The notes under the pieces were generated by a model. That model ran no database searches and was not told the DNA's origin. It saw only the letters and a program-made list of their open reading frames with translations. From assembly GCF_036321535.1 (NCBI RefSeq), contig NC_087437.1, positions 106,580,001 to 106,644,000 of the forward strand: a DNA stretch of 64,000 nucleotides, written 5' to 3'. The translations under genes were made by a program, and so were the position numbers. The stretch is from Camelus dromedarius. Its lineage: Eukaryota. Positions within the stretch are counted from its first letter, which is position 1. Each line of letters begins with the position of its first letter. Shown here piece after piece: positions 26,041-39,087 of the stretch.

Positions 26041-26251
26041 AGGTGTGGGGGGAGGGTATAGCTCAGTGGCAGAGCGCATGCCCAGCATGCAAAAGGTCCT
26101 GGGTTCAATCCCTGGTACCTCCATTAAAATAAATAATCTAATTACCCCCCCTCCAAAAAGAATAAAAAATAAATAAAAATAATAATATGAAATGTAAAAA
26201 AAAATGCTCAAAACAAAAAGACAATTGAAAAAAATTGAAAAAAAAAGAAAG
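26041..26251 (+). mobile_element. Full-length tRNA-Ala-derived camelid SINE (Vic-1-like) with 15-bp TSD
   Basis: A box tagctcagtgg (26059-26069), B box ggttcaatcc (26102-26111), A-rich tail. TSD gaatttagaaaggca at 26026-26040 and 26252-26266. Confidence 0.92.
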
Positions 26252-28429
26252 GAATTTAGAAAGGCAGTGAGCTGCTTTGATGGACCTGTGGAAGGCCCCT
26301 GACCTGCACCGGCGGCAGGCACCTCAGAGATAACCAACCGCGCAGGCCACTTAGGTCACCTCTGCAGGGCTGCAAAGAGCCCACGTGGGCTACCTGGTAA
26401 CACTATGGACAAGGCTGCAAGACGAAGGAAAATAAATGGTATCCAGACGCCAGATGCTAGTTCCAAAGGATTGTAAAAGGAGTTTTTATAGCCATTAAAA
26501 TGATTATGCTGCGGTTTCATTGTAGCATAAAACATGGATGTCAGTGGCTTGGTAAATATCCACTGGGGCTTCCTTAAAGCCGGCGACCCATCTAGGACAG
26601 GTGAAATGCCTTCGCAACCACGCTGTGAACGTTGAGAAACTAGGAAAACTCAAGAAGCTGTACTCCCGGACGTGCCTAGCCTGCCGTCTCCTCCCGATGA
26701 GCTTTGCCGATGAGCTTTGCCAGGAACGTCACAGCTGGTTTGTTGACTGCAGTAACTAACACGTGTCTGAGATGGGCGTATCGCGTGCTTATTTTCACCC
26801 AGCTTCATACCCGTTTTTCCCTGGTCCCATTTCAACCCTATTAGATGTTTCCCTGTTCAGAATTAAGATAATGTCACTTAGCATCTATTAAGAAAATTAG
26901 TAAAAATAAATTCTACCTGTATCTCAGTAATAGGCAAAATTTATGGTGAAATAGTCAACATTAGATTTTTACTAAAGAGGGTGAGTTGTTTTTAATCAAT
27001 GAAGTTATGAGCAATTTAAAAATCTTCATTCAAGGTCAAAGACGGCTTTAGAAAAAAGTTCAGCTTTACTTTAATTGCTGGAACCTCCAACTTTTATAAA
27101 CAATGTGGAATGGGAATCAGTTCTGATAATAGTTTGATAAAATGAGTGGGAAAATCAATTGTACAATGGAAAAAATGCTAAAATGTTAAATATTTAATAT
27201 CTAAACCAAAAAAAAGGATAAATAAGAAATAGGCCTTCAAAAATAATGAAGTCTTGAAAATCAAAAGTTATCGGTTATTGTTCTTTTAGACTTTACCATA
27301 GGAGTTAGAAAGGTGCCCTGGTTAGGTCGCTTATTAAGTATCAGGAGCCTGGGTTCCAACCTCAGCTCAAGTGTCTGCCACAGTTTGAGGCAAATGATGC
27401 AGTCCCGCTGAACTTACTTTAGTTCATATTTTCTGTTGAGATGGTATTTGCCCTGCCTTTCTTATGAAGCCATAAAGAATATCAAATTAGTAAGTGAATC
27501 TTTATATTACAAACATCTTTGTAAATTGGAAAGATTGTTCTCCATGTTTCAAATCTGGTTTACATTTATCTGTAATACAGTCTCAATTTACGGTCTTAAT
27601 TCAGCATAATACTGCACAAATATTTTCTATCCGAAACAATGTGTATTTGTTTATATTTCTCCATATCCAAATAGTCATTAAAACATTTGTTGTTAACTTA
27701 GGAGTGTCAATATTCAACCTTAAATTAAAAAGAAAGTTGTAATTCCCGTCTGTTAAGAAAGTATAAAATAAAATAAAGACAAAGATTTTATCATAGTCAA
27801 GCCTTTTCAATAACTTTCTGGGTTAAAATGTAGAAACTCTCAGTATGAAGTTCAGTGGGGAAAGAATACTTCCATTAAACAGATGAGACTTCTATCACTA
27901 CTGTTACTATCAACTTGAGAAAGGACAGTACAAGCATCAACACTAGAAACTCTGAATTGAAGGAGTTACTTCTCGATGTCCCATGAAGGGCAAATAAGCC
28001 TGAAGTAATAAATGACATTTCCAATACTTTTAAAAGCAACTTTTGATATAAGAATCAGTCACCCATTAAAATAAATAGATGAAATTCACTGAAATGACCA
28101 AGTTTTATGATACAATAAAACTTGCTATTTTCAACTTTATAAAAATGATATAAAAATGATGTTCCTGAGAAGAACACCTGGGAGGACTCTAGATATCCCA
28201 TCAAAATGCCTGTCTTCCTGAAGTTAGAGATGTTTTAAATAGAATGGGATGGCTCGTTGGTGGAAAGACGTCTTCGGGAACAACTGTCAGAAGCCAGTTG
28301 ACTACCTACCAGGAATGAGAGAACCAAGGAGTTGTCCATCCAAGATGTGGTGAGACATCTTGGTGGGACACCTCTAAAATGTCAGCTTACAGTTAAAAGA
28401 GATTCAAATACCACAGAAGGTGCCAATGA

Positions 28430-29980
28430 TAAAAGTAGTGTGTACTACCCTCTCCTCCATTCCACCATCTCACCATCCAGGGGCAAATTTTGTTAGATGT
28501 ACCTGAATCTTTCAGATATGTTCTATGCACAGAAATGTTCTGTTTCATATATAAAACTTTCCTTAATGTAATTTATTATGCCTACTTTCTGAACATTTCT
28601 CTTTTGACTTAACATTATTTTCATTTATGGTGGCTTAATATTACAGTTTGGTGCAACACAGTGAAAAAACAGGTTTGCTTAGTTGATACAAATAGTGCTC
28701 CAATAATGTCCTCATCTATGGGAACTTATACAATATACTACAGTTCTAATTTTTAGAATTGCTAAATCAAGGGGTGTGTACATAAAGTTCTGAATGACTG
28801 CTCTTGTAGCTTTGACAGAAAATGTGTTTCTTCACATTCTTCCCAACTCTGGCAAGACTGGTTTCTGTCAATCAATCAGATGGTTAAAAAAAACCTTATC
28901 TCACTGTTTTAATTTGCATGTCCTTGATTACTAATGAGATTGAGCATATCTTTATAGGTTTATGGGCTATATCTATTTTTTACCCAAATGACACTGTTAA
29001 AATTCTTTGTTTTTTGGGTTTTTTTTTTTTTTTGGTCAATTTCTTTTCAATTCTTTCAGAGGTTCATAATGAAATATGTATGGCTACAATTATACAACTG
29101 AATTTATTTCAAAATAACCCAGTGAGGAAAAGGAGAATCAAAAGCAGAGATGTTTATAGGTAAAACAAAATAATAATAGATAACAAAGTTGGCAGTAAGT
29201 TTATAATTTCTGAGGCTGGGTGACAGGGACCTGGGGACTCATGACACTATTCCCTTTTGCATGTTTTAATTTTTTTGATAATAAAAGCTTTATAAAGTGC
29301 TTCATTCATTTTTCTCTTACAGTATTCATGTGTAGTATTCTTTTTTTATTTTTAAAAAATATTTTTATTGAAGTATAGTCAGTTTACAAGAGGTGTCAAT
29401 TTCTGGTGTACAGCATAATGCTTCAGTCATACATGAACCTACGTATATTCATTTTCATGTTTTCACCATAAGTTACTGCAAGATATTGAATATAGTTCCC
29501 TGTGCTATGCAGTATGAACTTGTTGTTTATCTATTTTATATATATTAGTTAGTATCTGCAAATCTCAAACAACCAATTTATCCCTTTCCATCCCCTTCCC
29601 CTCCCGGTAACCATAAGTTTATTTTCTATGTCTGTGAGTCCGCTTCTGTTTTGTAAATACATGTAGTATTCTTAATTGATTTGCAAGGACACTTTGTAGA
29701 ATAAAGAAATTTGCCCTTTTGTTACAGAAACTGTAAATTAAAAAAACTTAGCTTCTTTCTCTCTATGGTCAGATACCAACACCACCGTTTACTGAATAAT
29801 CTCTTTTCCCTCTAGAAACCTACCTTTATCCTGCATTAATTTCCCATATATAGACAAGTTTATTTCTAGACTTACATTTTGTCCTTTTGACTTGTCTCTG
29901 CGTGTACCATGCGGTTGTAATTTCTGTATCTTTGCATTTTTCCTGAGATTTTTTTTTTTCTGGCTATTCTTACCAAATGA
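28430..29980 (-). mobile_element. Old degraded L1M element with nested younger L1 fragments
   Basis: tatctcactgttttaatttgcatgtccttgattactaatgagattgagcatatcttt is a typical antisense L1 segment. A + strand L1 3' end is nested at ~29060-29295. Confidence 0.65.
29343..29661 (-). mobile_element. Camelid-type L1 3' end with 12-bp TSD
   Basis: ttgaagtatagtcagtttaca...atagttccctgtgctatgcag...ggtaaccataag. TSD tgtagtattctt at 29331-29342 and 29662-29673. Confidence 0.9.
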
Positions 29981-30959
29981 TTTTCCCAGATGACTTTTAC
30001 AATGATTGTGTCCATTTTCCTATGTGTCCATCATGCTTACAAACATCTCTCTCTCTAGAGCTGCTTCTCTAACACAGTGCAGCTTGCTTTTCTCTTTGAC
30101 ATCAGGATGTTTTCGTGTCTTTACCTGCGGTCCCGTCCACTGCGTTCAGACTCTGAATTCACTTGACATCCTGCTACAACACAAATGTTAAATAATTCTT
30201 TTCTCAGTATAAAAAATATTTACTCAGCTACTGTGAAAGGTCAAACTGCAAAAACAGACTGGTATAACATTTGAACACCGCCATTTATATCAGCCTTATT
30301 TTTATGAATAAGCACCTGACCAGAAATTCAAAAAAGGAGCTTGTCATAATCAGTGTGAGGCCAAGAGCTATAAATATAATACACCAATTTTGGGTCCTGA
30401 GCATTTCAGTTATACTTTATTGGTCTAGAGCTTCATAGGAAGCTGTGACTTCTTAAAGAGGAAAAATCTTTTTTATACAGCTTGATCAACTTTTTAGAAA
30501 TAAGGAGCAGAGAGCATCTGTTCCCACACAGCAACTGTTAAATTAATCTGTGTTAAGTCGGCCTCAAAGCGCCTGGATGCAGCTGCAGGATGTGGGTGTA
30601 ACAGGATCGCACAGACTAACACCTGATCGGGTCTGACACTTGCTAGGTCAGAAGGAAGAAATGAAGAAGAGGGAATGTATATCCTTCTAGACTCAAAATA
30701 TCAAATATCCCACAGTCTCTTGGGTCCGTCTTGAAAAAAATTCAATCCCTCCTCAGTCTAGATTAACTCCCCACTCGAAAACAACCCCTCCCAGAACAAA
30801 AACAGACTGCCCCATTCAATTCACATTTTGTGAATAAGTGAAGCTTAAGAGTCACCTGAGACCACCAAAGGTACATGGTGATTTTGTCCCTGAATCTAAT
30901 GTCTGCATGACACGAGAACAGAAGTACACTTGATAAAATGTGAATAGAAATACACAGTT

Positions 30960-32120
30960 CTTCAAACTAGCTCCTAGAGTAATGGAAATAAAGGCAAAAA
31001 TAAACAAATGAGACCTAATTAAGCTTAAAAGCTTTTGCACAGCTAAGGATACCACCAACAAAATGAAAAGACAGCCTACAAAATGGGAGAGAATATTTGC
31101 AAATGACGTGACCAACAAGGGACTAATCTCCAAAATATACGAACAGCTCACACACCTTAATATCAAAACAACAAACCACCTAATTAAAAAATGGGCAGAA
31201 GACCTAAATAGACATTTCTCCAAAGAAGACATCCAGATGGCCAACAAGCACGTGGATGCTCAACATCATTAACTGTTACAGAAATACAAATCAAAACTAC
31301 AATGGATACCACCTCACATCAGTCAGAATGGCCATCATTAAAAAGTCTACAAATGAGAAATGCTGGAGAGGGCGTGGAGAAAAAGGAAGCCTCCTACACT
31401 GCTGGTGGGGATGTAAACTGGTACAGCCACAATGAAGGACAGAATGGGGATTCCTCAAAAATCTAAAAATAGACTTACCATGTGATCCAGCAATCTCACT
31501 CTGGGGCATATATCTGGAGTAAAATATAATTTGAAAAGCCACATGTACCCCAATGTGCAGAGCAGCACTATTTACAATAGCCAAGACATGGAAACAACCC
31601 AAATGTCCATCAACAGATGACTGGATAAAAGATGTGAGAGATATATATATAAACACACACACACAATGGAATACTACTCAGCCATAAAAAGAATAAAATA
31701 ATGCCATTTTCAGCAACATGGATGGACCTGGAGATTGTCATTCTAAGAGAAATAAGTCAGAAAGAGAAAGAAAAATGCCATATTATATTGCTTATGTGTG
31801 GGATCTAAAAAAAGTTCACAAATGAACTTATCTACAAACAGAAACAGATTCACAGACATAGAGAACAAATTCATGGTTACCAGGGAGTAAAGGGGGTGGG
31901 AAGGGATAAATTGGGAATTCAAAATTTGTACTTCTTGGGGAGTGATGGAAATGCTAGCTATTTTGATTGTGGTGGTGGTTTTATGGGTGTACACATCCAT
32001 CAAAATTCATCAAACTGTACATCTGAAATATGTGTAGTGTACTGTACAGGAATCATACCATAATAAAGGTGTTAAAAAATAAAAAAAATAAACATAAGAA
32101 AACAGGGGAAAAAAAAAAGC
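30960..32120 (+). mobile_element. 5'-truncated L1: ORF2 C-terminal remnant plus 3' UTR
   Basis: ORF 31063-31272 ([29 protein letters not shown]...[22 protein letters not shown]) is L1 ORF2 and frameshifts afterwards. Confidence 0.95.
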
Positions 32121-32871
32121 AGAATTCTAAGATACAGTCAGTGTTGGAGCAACGTGTGAGCACGTCTCCAGGGATTTAAGCTGAGTCTACCTAAGGCATG
32201 AGCACTACCATTTTCAGAAGCTTCTGAAGGTGCCAGAAGCCACAGGTCCCATCAGAAAGATCTCTGTTATCTCCTTCCCAGTCCCCTTTGACATGTAGCG
32301 ATCTCTTTATTTTCAAAAGGGTTAGCAGAAATCTCGGAAAGAGAGCAGCCAGGAATTTTGTGGCAAATTCCAGCTGTTCCCAGCAGCCAAGGCTGTCACT
32401 TGTCCAGGGTCATTGCTAAACATGCCAAGGAGGGGCAGGGCAAGGAAGGCAGGAGAGTGACCGGAAGAGAGCCGCGGCCTGGACACGCATGCTTTACATT
32501 CCTTACCAAGTGGCTTTTCTTCTGGGTTCACAGACAGACACTTCAAATTCTAACACCTTAACCAGAGTTTATGCAGGATTTTAAACAGGTCATTTCTGTT
32601 TTCAGATCTCGAAAATGTTATCAATAAAATGTTGAGATACTCCAGCCTTCCAGCTATTTGATAGCCCTGAAAGTGCGCGCAGTGTCACTGGCACCTGGGC
32701 TTCCTCTCCCGTCTCTGTGTTTACAGAGGGGTGGAGTGGGGCTGACTTGAACATCAAGGATAGTTGTGATGGATCCAAGAAGAGGAGACGTTACAAAGAG
32801 ACTCAGAATGAAAACCAGAGCCATTATTCATACAGGGCCTCCTATTGGTCAGGCTCTATGCTTTGTACCTC

Positions 32872-32973
32872 ATTTTTTGTTTTTTTGGTTTTTTTTTAGT
32901 GGAGGTACTGGGGATTGAACCCAAGACCTTGTGCATGCAAAGCAAGGGCTCTACCACTGAACTATACCCCACC
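32872..32973 (-). mobile_element. tRNA-Ala-derived camelid SINE
   Basis: ggaggtactggggattgaacccaagaccttgtgcatgc...ctctaccactgaactatacccc preceded by a T tract. Confidence 0.9.
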
Positions 32974-34119
32974 TACCCAAGAAGTTCTTCTTTTGGTTTT
33001 GGGGGAGTATTTTTTTTTAGTGGATGTACCTTATTTTTAATTTACTTCCCCTCTTGACCAACCTATTTATAGATACTCTGTAGATGTGGAAATTTAGGTT
33101 TAAGGAAGTTAAATCGTTTTCCTGCTGGTTATAACTCTAGTAACTGAAGGAGTTGTGACTCAAATCCAAGGTCTGAATGACTCTAACATCTACACTCTGG
33201 ACAATCTTATTAGGGCTTGGGAGAAGGGGAAGGAATGGGGCTGGGATGGAAGGAGTGTTGCAGAAGCCACCATGTAGAGACATCAGTGCTCAGAAGTTCC
33301 TGCAGGTGAGGCTGCAGGGAGGGGGAGCCACCAGGAACTGAAGGTGTAACAGATTAGTCTTGTTTCTAAACAAGCAGAGACTGTAATCAGGGCTTGCTTC
33401 CTCAAGGAGCTAATTGCCTAGTCCAAGAGGAAACACTGGCTGAGCTCCACCCATGACTCCATTTTGCCAGAGGCAGAAGAGATAAGTGGTTAAGAATACA
33501 CAGCTTGACCTTGGTCCTTTTTCAAGCTCCTCCCCTGCTGATACCTTAATGGCTTGATACAGAGACTTGGGCGTAACTGACCAGTAGCTACCTCACAGGC
33601 TGCTGTTGAGAAATACATGAGAAGTGCTTCCAATAGAAAGAGTTATATATTTGTTATTACTATTATTGCAAAAGCCAAGGAGGCATCCATTTTTACATAT
33701 GTCAGAAATAGAAGTGTTTATTCCAGAACTAGTAAGACATGATTGACTGCCAAATTTCTAATGCACACTGCAAACAAAAACAAAAACAAAAAAACTCTGA
33801 AATAATTGTAAGACTATTTCTTCCTGACTTAAATTTTTAACTAGAGGCAAAGACGTATTATATACTCTAAGAACTCTTAAATGTTTAGAATACAGAATGT
33901 CTTCTATAAATTCCTCTTGATTAAAACATACATTCTTCTCCAAGACTGAGTAAATTCACTATGGAGGACACCTACTATTAGTTTCCATAAATGATTCATC
34001 AATATGAACCATCTTTAGTAAATTATGTCCACTATAATTCATGGGATGTTTGTAGCAGTTCATATATGTCCTCAGACACCTCAGCCTTCTCATTTACTTT
34101 TCCCTGAAGCTTGCATACT

Positions 34120-34415
34120 TGTAGGAGAGGAAAAACAGTTTTCTCCTCAACCCTCTTAGGTTCAGTTCCTGGAGTTGTGCAAATTACACTGATAAAGGGC
34201 AGATTAACGGAGAAAAGACATACAAACTTTATTTGATGTTAACATTTTCACATGGGGTAGGAGAGAGGGAGGGTAAGAAGAGGTTCACAGAAAAGAAATG
34301 ACAGTCCTAAGGGAGCAATTAGGTCTGAGAGGATATATGCCATCATAGCAAAGAGCAGTTAACTATGGAGACATGACAAGACAAAAGAAAAGAGGTTTGG
34401 GCTTCTATGGGTGAC
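34120..34415 (-). mobile_element. ERV1 LTR fragment (MER34/MER39-like)
   Basis: tgtaggagaggaaaaacagttttctcctcaaccctcttaggttc...ggcagattaacggagaaaagacatacaaactttatt; AATAAA on the minus strand. Confidence 0.6.
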
Positions 34416-35190
34416 ATTTTTTACTATATATTTATAGTAGTCTATTTATTTTAAATAAGTATTAAGTAAAGAACATAGTGCTTGCTCCAAAAACCTGATA
34501 TGGAATACAGTAATATATAACTGCTTAAGTGTCCATGTGATAGCAGTTAATAATCAAAGATTATACGGGTCTGGTTGAACAGGCTCTGTAACTCTACACA
34601 GGTTCTGTGGAAGTGGCACCACATCACACTTTGCTAAATTTATAGATAAATCTACTTCTCTTTTGTGGCTAAAGATTCTAAACTTTGGGAACTTCAGAGA
34701 ATAAATGTTTCTGACTTTAACATCAGGAGAGACTTTAACAGCAGGGAAATGGAAGGCTGATGCTTTATTTACATCTGTGTAATCACGTTACTTAATTCTT
34801 GCTCCCACCGTGTGGCTCTAGTAAACTGAAATCACAATGTCACTCATGCCTACGTTCCACCCCTGGCTATACTTGCCTGTCAGGTCTAAAAACTTCCTAC
34901 AAAAGTGGTCATGGAACTATTGAGCAGGAGGATTGCTTGTTTGAGTTACTAGGTCAGGTTTCCATTATTTCTTTATTTTTGTTCATCTCTCCAGTTTCTG
35001 TTCATCTCATTTTCTTTAATAGTATATTATAGTTGAAGAGCCACCATGTTGAACCCTACTTGAGAGCAGCAATTTAAGATCACTCCATAAATGCTTAAAA
35101 TAGTAACAGGCATTTGGCATAGGGTCCTTCCCTACATCACTACTTTCGTCTTAACCTCAGGTTGGAAATGCCAAATAAAAAAATCACATG

Positions 35191-36160
35191 TCGAAGAACT
35201 AAACAGACATTTCTCCAAAGAAGAATAAAGATGATAAACAGGTACATGAAAAGATGCCCCACATCGCTAACTATTAGAGAAGTGCAAATCAAAACTATAA
35301 GGAGGTATCACCTGAAACCCATCAGAATGGCCATCATCAAAAAGTCTATAAATAATAAATGCTGGAGAGGATATGGAGAAAAGGAAGCCCTCCTACACTG
35401 TTGGTAGGGATGTAAGTTGGTGCAGCCACTATGGAAAACAGTATGGAGGTTCCTTAAAAAACTAAAAATTGAGTTACTATATGATCCTGCAATCCCATTC
35501 CTGGGCATGCATCCGGAAAAGATGAAAACTCTAATTCAAAAAGATACATGCAGCCCAATGTTCACAGCAGCACTATTTACAATAACCAAGACATAGATGC
35601 AATCTAAGTGTCCATTGACAGATTAATGGATAAAAATGGATATCTCTATATATATAGAGAGAGAGAGAGATAGACAGATACATATATATATATATATGCA
35701 CAATGGAATATTACTCACTCACAAAATAGAATGAAATATTTCATTTGCAGCAACATGGATGAATCTAGATTATCATATTAAGCGAAGTAAATCATACAGA
35801 GAAAGACAAATATATGATACCACTTATATGTGGAATCTATAAAAAAAAATGATACAAATGAACGTACTTATAAACCAGAAATAGACTCACAGATGTAGAA
35901 ACCAAACTTATGATTACCAAAGAGGAAAAGGAGGATGGGATAAATTAGGAATTTGGGGTTAACAGATACACACAACTATATATAAAATAGGTAAACAGGG
36001 ACCTACTGTATAGCACAGAGAATTATATTCAATATCTTGTAATAACCCATAATGGGAAAGAATCTGGAAAAGAATATATATACGTGTATAACTGAATCAC
36101 TTTGCTGTACATCTGAAACACTGTAAATCAACTATACTTCAATTAAAAAAGGAAAAAAAA
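35191..36160 (+). mobile_element. 5'-truncated L1 (ORF2 end plus 3' UTR, poly(A))
   Basis: L1 ORF2-like translation (IREVQIKT...[14 protein letters not shown]), full 3' UTR, and flanking aaaaaa(t/g)cacatg duplication. Confidence 0.95.
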
Positions 36161-37833
36161 AAGCACATGCCCACAAGCACTAGCTTCCACTGCCCTAAAC
36201 TGATTCACACACCCATTAAACATTATATTTACAAAGAACTGGTAATGGCATGAGAGTTAATGTTAAGAAATAAAATGCAGGATATAAAATGGAATCTATA
36301 CCATGATCTCAAAAATGATATAAAACAGACACCTGGGAATGGCAGGATTATGCATGTTTTTACACTCTCTCTAAGTTACCTACAATGAATTTGTAAGACT
36401 TTTCTAATTCAAAAAAACTAACTGAAACCTAATTTAGAAAATATGACTTCCCTCAAACAGTTGAAAGCTCTAAACTTCTGTTCTTCTTGGTTATATGTAC
36501 TATGAAAAATATATGGAAAACTGCTTTAAAAAAAAAAAAAGGTGGTCTTTTTTTAGGATGGAAGACATGTTTTTTTTAAGTTTAATACACTACTGCCAGA
36601 GGAGATTCAGATATCTCTATACTTTTATTTTTTCCTGCAAGCCATGAATCCTCTAAGCATCGTCCCACACCTGCATTTGCAAAATGCAATTATTTTCATC
36701 ATAGAATATTAAAGAAAATATGGTGCATGCTTAACTTAAAGATCTAATGCTCCTTGTGGGTAAAGTCTAACCACAGATGAGAAGTCCTAAGTTTCACATA
36801 GAAAAATTGTCAAGTTTAACACTTAAAGTCTAAAATCACTAAACCTAAGTCATAGAATAAACTTAAACTCTCTTCAAAGCACTCATATAGTCTACAATAT
36901 TCCAGACTGATAAATATTTTACAATAACTTCCAACTTCACTCACTGGGCATCTTCATATTGTAAAACAAATACTTTATAGCAGTAACCCCAGGAGTATAT
37001 CAAACCCCTGCCTTCACCAGCCCACAATGCTGGGCGGTAAGCTTTCCACATTTGCTTGCACTCGGAAAATAACCACCTTACATGCCAGGAGTGCACTGGG
37101 CTTAAGTTGTCAAAAAATATCATACTCTGAGTATAACTGAGTAAGAACTATGGGCACACACACGGGCAGCCTTCCAAAAATTGGAAGAAAAAAGAAAAAG
37201 AAAGCAAGCTTAACCCACTGTTTCCAGGAACAGACCTCACACACACAACAAGTTGTGTATAGTACATAATGCCTTGCTGATCTCCTTTGCTTTCAGTGGG
37301 CAGTTGACATTTCAACCAATGTTCCAGTCACATACTCTGGGTCCCAAAGGGTCCATCCACCTCCTACTCCAACAGTGCCCACTCCAGAAAAAGACAAAAC
37401 TAACCACTGGACCCAGAATCATCTCCCATTACTATTCCACTGAAAGATTCTAGATATGCCTATAATTTTTTTTATCCTGCCCCTAAAAAGAGTTTTGTCT
37501 GGATCAGACCATGCCTTCATCAAGTGGGCCAGATTTTCTCAAAGCTCCTGGCTCAATATTTAACTGATAGCAACCACCTAACGTCAGTACATATTCAAGC
37601 AGACACAGCAACACGGGAAAGAAGGAAGAATCAGTGATGAAGAAAGATTAGAAGCCAGAGGACAAGGATTGGGCTTTGACCCTTAATATCTGAAGTGATA
37701 TTGGGCAACATTTCCAGATCCAAGTTTCTTCATCTGTAAAATGAGGGGGCACAGAAAGGAGGTCTTACGGATACTACCTGCTCCAAAACCTGATTCTTTT
37801 CCTAGAAAGTAGAAGGTTGAGTTGGCCCTTCTA

Positions 37834-38140
37834 CAGCTGCACTGTCCAATATGGCGGCTACGAGCCATATATGGCTTATTGACTACATGAAATGTGGTTG
37901 GTCCGAATTCAGATATGCTCTATGGGTAAAATTTTGAAGATATAAAATGAAAAAAAAAAAAAAAAGAATGTCATCTATTTCATTAGTAATGTTTAGACTA
38001 ACTACATGTTGAAATGATATTTTTCATTTATTGGAGCCAATAAAACATACTAATTTGGCCAGTTTGTTTTCTTTAATGTGGCTACTAGGAAATTTTAGAT
38101 TCTATCTGTGGTCTCATTACACTTTTATTGGATAGCCCTG
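37834..38140 (+). mobile_element. MER33/MER3-type hAT-Charlie MITE
   Basis: Terminal inverted repeats gcactgtccaata...tattggatagccctg; internal aatgtggctactaggaaattt. Confidence 0.85.
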
Positions 38141-39060
38141 CTTTAGAGTTAAGCCTGGGCTTTATGTGAGGGTCAGAGGAACTCTGAGAGCAAGTGACAT
38201 CAAGAGGACACCTGAATGGAATGCTGCCATTCCCTGGCTATTCACTGTTAGGATTCAGGGCTTATCATTCCCATGTAGTACTTAAAAAAGGCTGTCTTAA
38301 AGCCATGATTTTGTTCTCTAATTCTGCTCACCAACGAATCAATAGAAAATAACATTGGGCCTAAAAATAATCAATATCATTTCATTTACTGTAAGGCTTA
38401 ATCTTAACTATCAACCGTAGGCTTTAAACATAACCCTAGATGGATGGCACCTTCACACAGGCACAACATGTTTTCAGTTTCCTTTGAATTGAATATATAT
38501 TTAAAGTAATAATTGAGTTTACTTCATAAAGATGATCACAACCTTCTTTTTTTAAAACTCACATTTGAATTCAATAGGAACAGCTACAGTGAACTTGCAT
38601 GGAGGGAACACATTTCATTGATATCGAACTAGAAACTTTTCCACTATTTTTGCAATCTGTATCAATTAATTTAATGTATTTTAAATGATCAGAGAAGCAG
38701 AGATTGTTTCTAGAGAGCTTGTTTACTTAGAAATACAACATACTATGAACACAGCCAATAAAATATTTACAAGATTCAGGTAAGCTGAGAATGAATGTTC
38801 TTCTCAGAACGTTTTCTTGGACTGTCAACTTTTCAATTAGAAGATCTTAAACAAAGATACTCATCTAATTCCCTGCAAAATCAACTACCAATTATTTAAA
38901 GTCAATAAAGTAGGCAACAGACTAACTGCAATCCAGAACCAACTAAAGGCACAACCATTTCAGACTGGGCTTAAACTCAGTAATTAAGTCAAGTATTTTC
39001 AGATATATGAAAGCAGAACAGAATTCAGAAGAAAGTATGTCCTTTGGGGAAATTGTAAAA

Positions 39061-39087
39061 AAATTAAATTAAATTAAATTAAATTAA
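39061..39087. repeat. (AAATT)5 pentanucleotide repeat
   Basis: aaattaaattaaattaaattaaattaa. Confidence 0.9.

Noticed and set aside
26051..26123. tRNA-Ala gene
   Set aside because: Has an A-rich tail, a TSD, anticodon-loop substitutions and several diverged siblings, so it is a SINE.
30852..31662. ORFs of 69-131 aa (also at 35162-35508 and 54636-55187)
   Set aside because: Sense and antisense readings of truncated, frameshifted L1 ORF2 remnants; not host genes or active elements.
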